The notes beneath the pieces are model-generated. The model made no database searches, had not been told where the DNA came from, and worked only from the letters and a program-made list of their open reading frames with translations. Below, in pieces: positions 28,131-32,000 of a DNA stretch of 32,000 nt (positions are counted from its first letter, which is position 1; every line of letters begins with the position of its first letter). The stretch lies in NCBI RefSeq assembly GCF_900172325.1, contig NZ_FWFR01000001.1, positions 1,301,773-1,333,772 on the forward strand, in the 5' to 3' direction. A program made the translations under genes and the position numbers. Source of the DNA: Oceanibacterium hippocampi. Its GTDB lineage: Bacteria; Pseudomonadota; Alphaproteobacteria; Sneathiellales; Sneathiellaceae.

Positions 28131-28430
28131 CTAGCCGTCGACGACGAAGCGCTTTTCCTTCGCCTGGTCGAGGAATTCGAGCGCCAGTCCGGTATCGGTC
28201 AGCCGCACGACGCGCGCCCTGTTGCCGAACACCGTGGCGATCGCGCCGACCGGCGGACGGGCCTCGGTGGTGACCAGGACGCCGCTTGTCGACATGTTGG
28301 CAAGTGTCGCGGCGTGAATCTCGCCGTTCTCGAGCACGAGCTTCGATTTCAGATGGCCACCCGATTTCAGCGCCGGGGTGACGCGCCGGCAGCGCCGCTG
28401 ATCGAGTTCCTGTTTCTGGCTACTTGCCAT
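28131..28430 (-). CDS. Small PilZ-domain-like protein
   Basis: 99 aa with arginine cluster QRRCRR, NMSTSGVLV ([D/N]xSxxG) and GLALEFLD. Confidence 0.65.
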   Translation of the reverse strand: MASSQKQELDQRRCRRVTPALKSGGHLKSKLVLENGEIHAATLANMSTSGVLVTTEARPPVGAIATVFGNRARVVRLTDTGLALEFLDQAKEKRFVVDG

Positions 28431-28543
28431 GATGCATCCCGTACAAGGCGACTACCAAGGGCAGCACGCTATCTGCAAATGCCACTAAAGACAATTGCGT
28501 GAAACGCCCGTTGTGCCGCGGCTACATTGCGTTCTTACATTTG

Positions 28544-28572
28544 TTGACAGGGATTCGTTTAAGAATTCTAAT
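28544..28572 (+). promoter_or_regulatory. Near-consensus sigma70-type promoter
   Basis: TTGACA (28544-28549), 17-nt spacer, TCTAAT (28567-28572), 20 nt upstream of the ATG at 28593. Confidence 0.7.
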
Positions 28573-28573
28573 T

Positions 28574-28591
28574 CCTTGCCGAGGGGCAAGG
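28574..28591 (+). promoter_or_regulatory. 5'-UTR hairpin enclosing the Shine-Dalgarno sequence
   Basis: CCTTGCC - GAGG - GGCAAGG, a perfect 7-bp stem ending 1 nt before the ATG. The GAGGGG ribosome-binding sequence lies in the loop and 3' arm. Confidence 0.6.
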
Positions 28592-28592
28592 C

Positions 28593-28910
28593 ATGGCGAT
28601 CCGGAATCCCGTTTGGCGGATCGTCTGCAACGCACGGGGTGCGGCCATGGCACCGATGCACGGAGTCCTTTTGGCAGTCACAATTCTGGTCGCGTCGCTG
28701 TTCGCTCCGCCGGCGGCGGTCTCGACGCAGGATGGCGTCGAGACCGCCGCCGGTACCGCCGACGCGGTGCCGAGCCGCGTCTGGCACCGCTGCCTGCGCC
28801 ACGGTCATTGCCGGAGCGATGGCAGCTGGCTGCAGCTGCCGGCACCGGCCGGTATCGCCATCGTTCTGCTCGCGGTAGCCGGTGTGGCCCGGCGCAAGGG
28901 CTGGTTCTAG
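28593..28910 (+). CDS. Hypothetical small exported protein with PEP-CTERM-like C-terminal anchor/sorting tail
   Basis: Good promoter and Shine-Dalgarno. Hydrophobic N-terminal segment (GVLLAVTILVASLFAPPAAVS), short region with CLRHGHC, then LPAPAGIAIVLLAVAGVARRK. Confidence 0.6.
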   Translation: MAIRNPVWRIVCNARGAAMAPMHGVLLAVTILVASLFAPPAAVSTQDGVETAAGTADAVPSRVWHRCLRHGHCRSDGSWLQLPAPAGIAIVLLAVAGVARRKGWF

Positions 28911-29785
28911 CGCGTCGTCCGGGTGGACCCGCCCCGGCCGCGCAGATAGACGACCCAGTAGACCAGCGCGACCAGCAACGCGCCGCCGGCGATATTGCCG
29001 GCCGTCACGATCGCCAGGTTGGCCGTCGCGGCGCCGATCCCGACATTTGCGCCGGCCAGCATGCCGATCGGCAGCAGGTACATGTTCGCCACGGAATGTT
29101 CGAAGCCGAGCGCCACGAAGGCGCTGATCGGAAAGATGATCGCGGCGATCCTGCCGGCCACGTCGCGCGCCGCGAAGCAGAGCCAGACCGCGAGGCAGAC
29201 CAGAGCGTTGCAGAGCAGGCCGCGGAAGAAAGCCTCGACCGGCCCGAGTGCCGCCTTGCCCTCGGCGATTCGGATTGCCGTTTCCGCGACGGCCCCGTCG
29301 CCCGCTGCCAGCCCGCCGGCGAGGTGGAGAAAGAGCGCCGCGCCGAGCGCGCCGGCGAAGTTTCCGGCATAGACGATGCCCCAGTTGCGCAGCATCTCCG
29401 CCGTCGTCACCCGGCGGTCGGCCCAGGCCATGGCGATCAGGTTGTTGCCGGTGAAAAGCTCGGCCCCGCCGACGATCACCAGCACGAGGCCGAGTGAGAA
29501 GGCGAGCCCGCCGAGCAGCCGGGTCGGGCCGAAGCCGATCGTCGAGCCGGTGATGACGACCGTGTAGAACATCGCCCCGAAGGCGATGAAGGCGCCGGCG
29601 AGGAGCGCCAGGGTGAACAGGGTCAGGGCCGGAAGCCTGGCCTTGACGATCCCCGATTCCGTCACCAGACGGGCCATCTCGGCCGGCTTGTGGGCATCGA
29701 GGCCCAGGGTCCCGTCGGCCGTCGCCGGTTGTCGCGCGCCGCTGTTATCCGCCATCCCGTCCGCTCCCGCCAGTTCCAACCTCAT
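28907..29785 (-). CDS. Formate/nitrite transporter (FNT) family channel; start may be 29755
   Basis: HKPAEMARLVTESGIVKA, GGAELFTGNNLIA, WGIVYAGNFAGA, FEHSVANMYLLPIGM. Confidence 0.92.
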   Translation of the reverse strand: MRLELAGADGMADNSGARQPATADGTLGLDAHKPAEMARLVTESGIVKARLPALTLFTLALLAGAFIAFGAMFYTVVITGSTIGFGPTRLLGGLAFSLGLVLVIVGGAELFTGNNLIAMAWADRRVTTAEMLRNWGIVYAGNFAGALGAALFLHLAGGLAAGDGAVAETAIRIAEGKAALGPVEAFFRGLLCNALVCLAVWLCFAARDVAGRIAAIIFPISAFVALGFEHSVANMYLLPIGMLAGANVGIGAATANLAIVTAGNIAGGALLVALVYWVVYLRGRGGSTRTTR

Positions 29786-29840
29786 ACTGGCGAAGCCCGG
29801 GGGCGGCGGCCTTGCGCTCGATCAAGCGGCGTCGCGGCTG

Positions 29841-30827
29841 TTACTCGGGCGCGATCAGCCCCTCGGCGCGCAGCCAGCGGATGCTGTCGTCGAGCATGAC
29901 GTTGATCGACACCTTGCGGTAGCCGAGTTCGTTCGCTGCCTTGCTGGAGACGATGCGGGGATGGCCGAGGACCATCTCGGCCGCCTCCGGGGTGAAATCC
30001 GGCTCCTTGCCAGTGACCGACGCGCCGAGTGCCTTGGCACGGGCGACCAGCCGGACCATGACGCCGGAGAAGGTGCGCTTAGGCGTCTTCTTCCCGAGCA
30101 TCCGGCCGATCGTCGTGACCACCTCGAGGAAGCTCGCGTCGGTCCCGCCGAGCAGGTAGTTGGCGCCGGCCCGGCCGCGCTGCGCGGCGGAAATGTGGGC
30201 GCGGGCTACCTCCTCGGCGTGGGCGAAGGACCCGGCGCCCGGCGGTACGCCCGGGAGCTTGCCGCTGTCGACCATGCGGATCATCCGGGCCCAGTTGTCC
30301 CGGTCGTAGCGGCCGATCACGTGGGCCGGGTTGAGCACCACGACCTCGAAGCCCGGCGCGTTGGCGGCCAGCGCCGCTTCCTCGGCCAGTGCTTTCGAGC
30401 GGCTGTAGTTGATCCAGGAATCCGCGCCGGTCTTGGTCGTCGTCTCGCTGATCGCGTCATGCTCGAGCCCGTAGACGTTCCAGGTCGAGGTATGGATGAA
30501 GCGCTTCGCCCCGGCGGCCCTGGCCGCGGCCAGCATGTTCTTCGTGCCGTCGACGTTCTCCGCCGTCTGGCGCTCGTTGTTGCGCGACCAGACCGAGGTG
30601 TTGGCCGCGACGTGGAAGACCGCGTCGACACCCTCCGGGATCGCCCGGGCAAGGCTGTCCGGCTCCAGCAGCGCGCCGCTGGCGAGCGTGACCGGATAGC
30701 CGTCCAGGGCCGAGATATCGGATTCCGGGCGGTGCAGCGCGGTCACCGACCAGCCCGCCTGGCAGAGCTGCTCGATCAGGTTCCGGCCGAGAAAACCGGT
30801 GCCGCCGGTGACGAATGCCTGTTTCAT
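29841..30827 (-). CDS. NAD(P)-dependent epimerase/dehydratase family (extended SDR)
   Basis: Rossmann motif TGGTGFLG, VFHVAANTSVW, catalytic YSRSK, NPAHVIGRYD. Confidence 0.92.
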   Translation of the reverse strand: MKQAFVTGGTGFLGRNLIEQLCQAGWSVTALHRPESDISALDGYPVTLASGALLEPDSLARAIPEGVDAVFHVAANTSVWSRNNERQTAENVDGTKNMLAAARAAGAKRFIHTSTWNVYGLEHDAISETTTKTGADSWINYSRSKALAEEAALAANAPGFEVVVLNPAHVIGRYDRDNWARMIRMVDSGKLPGVPPGAGSFAHAEEVARAHISAAQRGRAGANYLLGGTDASFLEVVTTIGRMLGKKTPKRTFSGVMVRLVARAKALGASVTGKEPDFTPEAAEMVLGHPRIVSSKAANELGYRKVSINVMLDDSIRWLRAEGLIAPE

Positions 30828-30844
30828 TCCGCTGTCACTGCCTT

Positions 30845-32000
30845 CTATCCTGACTGACGTCCCGCCCGGCGGATGCCCCAGAGCATTACCGGGTCTTCGC
30901 GACCTCTTATGGCATGCTTGCCGCCCGGCGTCAGATCGTCGTTGCCGCCGCCTTCCGTTTTGACCCGCCTGACCAGCGCGTCGCTGGCCAGCACGTCGTG
31001 GTCGAGTTCCCGGGTCATCCGCTCGATGCGGTTCGCGACATTGACCGTATCGCCGAGCACGGCGAGCTCCAGCCGGTTTTCGTCGCCGATGTCGCCGACC
31101 ACGACCGGTCCGTAATGGATTCCGATGCCCGCCTCTACCGGCTGCGTACCGCGTGCCGCCCGCTCCTCGTTCCAGCGCCCGAGTTCCTCGCGCATCGCGA
31201 TGGCCGTGCGAAGCGCGTTCGTGGCGTCATTGGGGCCAGGTTGCGGTGTGCCGAAAGTCGCCATCAATCCGTCGCCGGTGAATTTCTCCAAGGTCCCGTC
31301 GTGCGCGAACAGGATCGCCGAGAGCCGGGCATAGAACTCGCGGAGCAGCGCGATCAGCGCCGCCGAATCGAGGGTCTCGCTCAGGCGGGTGAAGTTGCGG
31401 ATGTCGACGAACATGACCGCGACTTCCTGGGTCCGGGCTGTGGTCAGCGGCTGGTCGGAGTTCGCGAGTTCATCGACCAGGTTGGCGGAGAAGTAGCGGG
31501 CGAGATTGGTGCGTTCCCGTTCAGTCGCGGCGTGACGGTAGACCAGCCCGCGCGTGCGATGAACGAATAGTGCCAGGATCGCCGAGGTTAGAAGGTAGAG
31601 AATGATCGTCGTCACGGCGACGCTCAGGTTGATCCGGTAGGGATCGCCGACGAGCGCGATCTTCTCGCCGACCGTGTAGCTCGCCCACTGTTCGCTCGTG
31701 ATCAGAGGCGGGCTGCTCGGCAGCATCTGGACGAAGACCACCGTCGCACTCCACAGGATCGCCGATACCGCACCCGTCCAGAGCACGACCCGCGGCGTGA
31801 AATAGAAGATCGAGCCGCAAATCAGCAGGAAGAAGTAGAGATTGACGCCGAAACTGAAATGGAGCTGGGCGGGCCAGTTCTCGACGCGGAAGGGATTGTC
31901 CGCGAAGGCGACGGCGAGCATCGCCAGTCCGTCGACGAGGGGCACCAGGCCAAGAACCCATTCCCGGTCGTAGCCGCGACTGAAGAGAAAGCGGACGACG
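30845..32000 (-). CDS. Membrane-anchored class III adenylate cyclase; 5' end lies beyond the window edge
   Basis: Catalytic domain VAVMFVDIRNFTRLSE, LEKFTGDGLMATFG and LAVLGDTVNVANRIERM. Hydrophobic N-terminal segments. The frame stays open from the listed start (31945, a GTG) to base 32000 (VVRFLFSRGYDREWVLGL...), so that start is not necessarily real. Confidence 0.92.
   Translation of the reverse strand, partial: VVRFLFSRGYDREWVLGLVPLVDGLAMLAVAFADNPFRVENWPAQLHFSFGVNLYFFLLICGSIFYFTPRVVLWTGAVSAILWSATVVFVQMLPSSPPLITSEQWASYTVGEKIALVGDPYRINLSVAVTTIILYLLTSAILALFVHRTRGLVYRHAATERERTNLARYFSANLVDELANSDQPLTTARTQEVAVMFVDIRNFTRLSETLDSAALIALLREFYARLSAILFAHDGTLEKFTGDGLMATFGTPQPGPNDATNALRTAIAMREELGRWNEERAARGTQPVEAGIGIHYGPVVVGDIGDENRLELAVLGDTVNVANRIERMTRELDHDVLASDALVRRVKTEGGGNDDLTPGGKHAIRGREDPVMLWGIRRAGRQSG

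Noticed and set aside
31946-32000. Treating 31945 as the true start of the adenylate cyclase
   Set aside because: The frame is open to the window edge with plausible coding sequence (VVRFLFSRGYDREWVLGL), so the gene is most likely truncated by the window rather than starting at this GTG.

Overview
This is a 32 kb window of a GC-rich chromosome, most likely alphaproteobacterial judging by gene families and order. It is densely packed with housekeeping genes. I found no phage, transposon, CRISPR array or rRNA, and no convincing tRNA. Order: ribF (3' end) - ileS - lspA - second lspA - DUF3035-like lipoprotein - two M16 peptidase-like proteins (HxxEH-positive and HxxEH-negative) - pgi - mutL - CPA1-type cation/H+ antiporter - phoH-like (-) - rsmD (-) - rluB-like (-) - class-I GATase/peptidase C26 (-) - tadA - acyl-CoA dehydrogenase - DUF2817/M14-like - two tandem aminoglycoside-phosphotransferase-like kinases (-) - purD (-) - xseA - DUF2093 - M23 peptidase - inositol monophosphatase family (-) - PmbA/TldD (-) - PilZ (-) - small secreted/anchored unknown protein - FNT channel (-) - NAD-epimerase (-) - class III adenylate cyclase (-, runs off the window edge). 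The points most worth a second look are: (a) a ~104-nt foldable element closed by its own terminal stem and followed directly by a canonical intrinsic terminator, upstream of phoH (14232-14366); (b) a small unknown ORF (28593-28910) with a near-consensus sigma70 promoter, a perfect 7-bp hairpin over its Shine-Dalgarno sequence and a PxPA-TM-RRK PEP-CTERM-like tail; (c) adjacent duplicated lspA genes beside a lipoprotein gene; (d) a split ACAD11/LvaA-LvaC-like set of an acyl-CoA dehydrogenase and two catalytically intact kinase paralogs. All function calls rest on motif recognition by eye; no database searches or folding programs were run.
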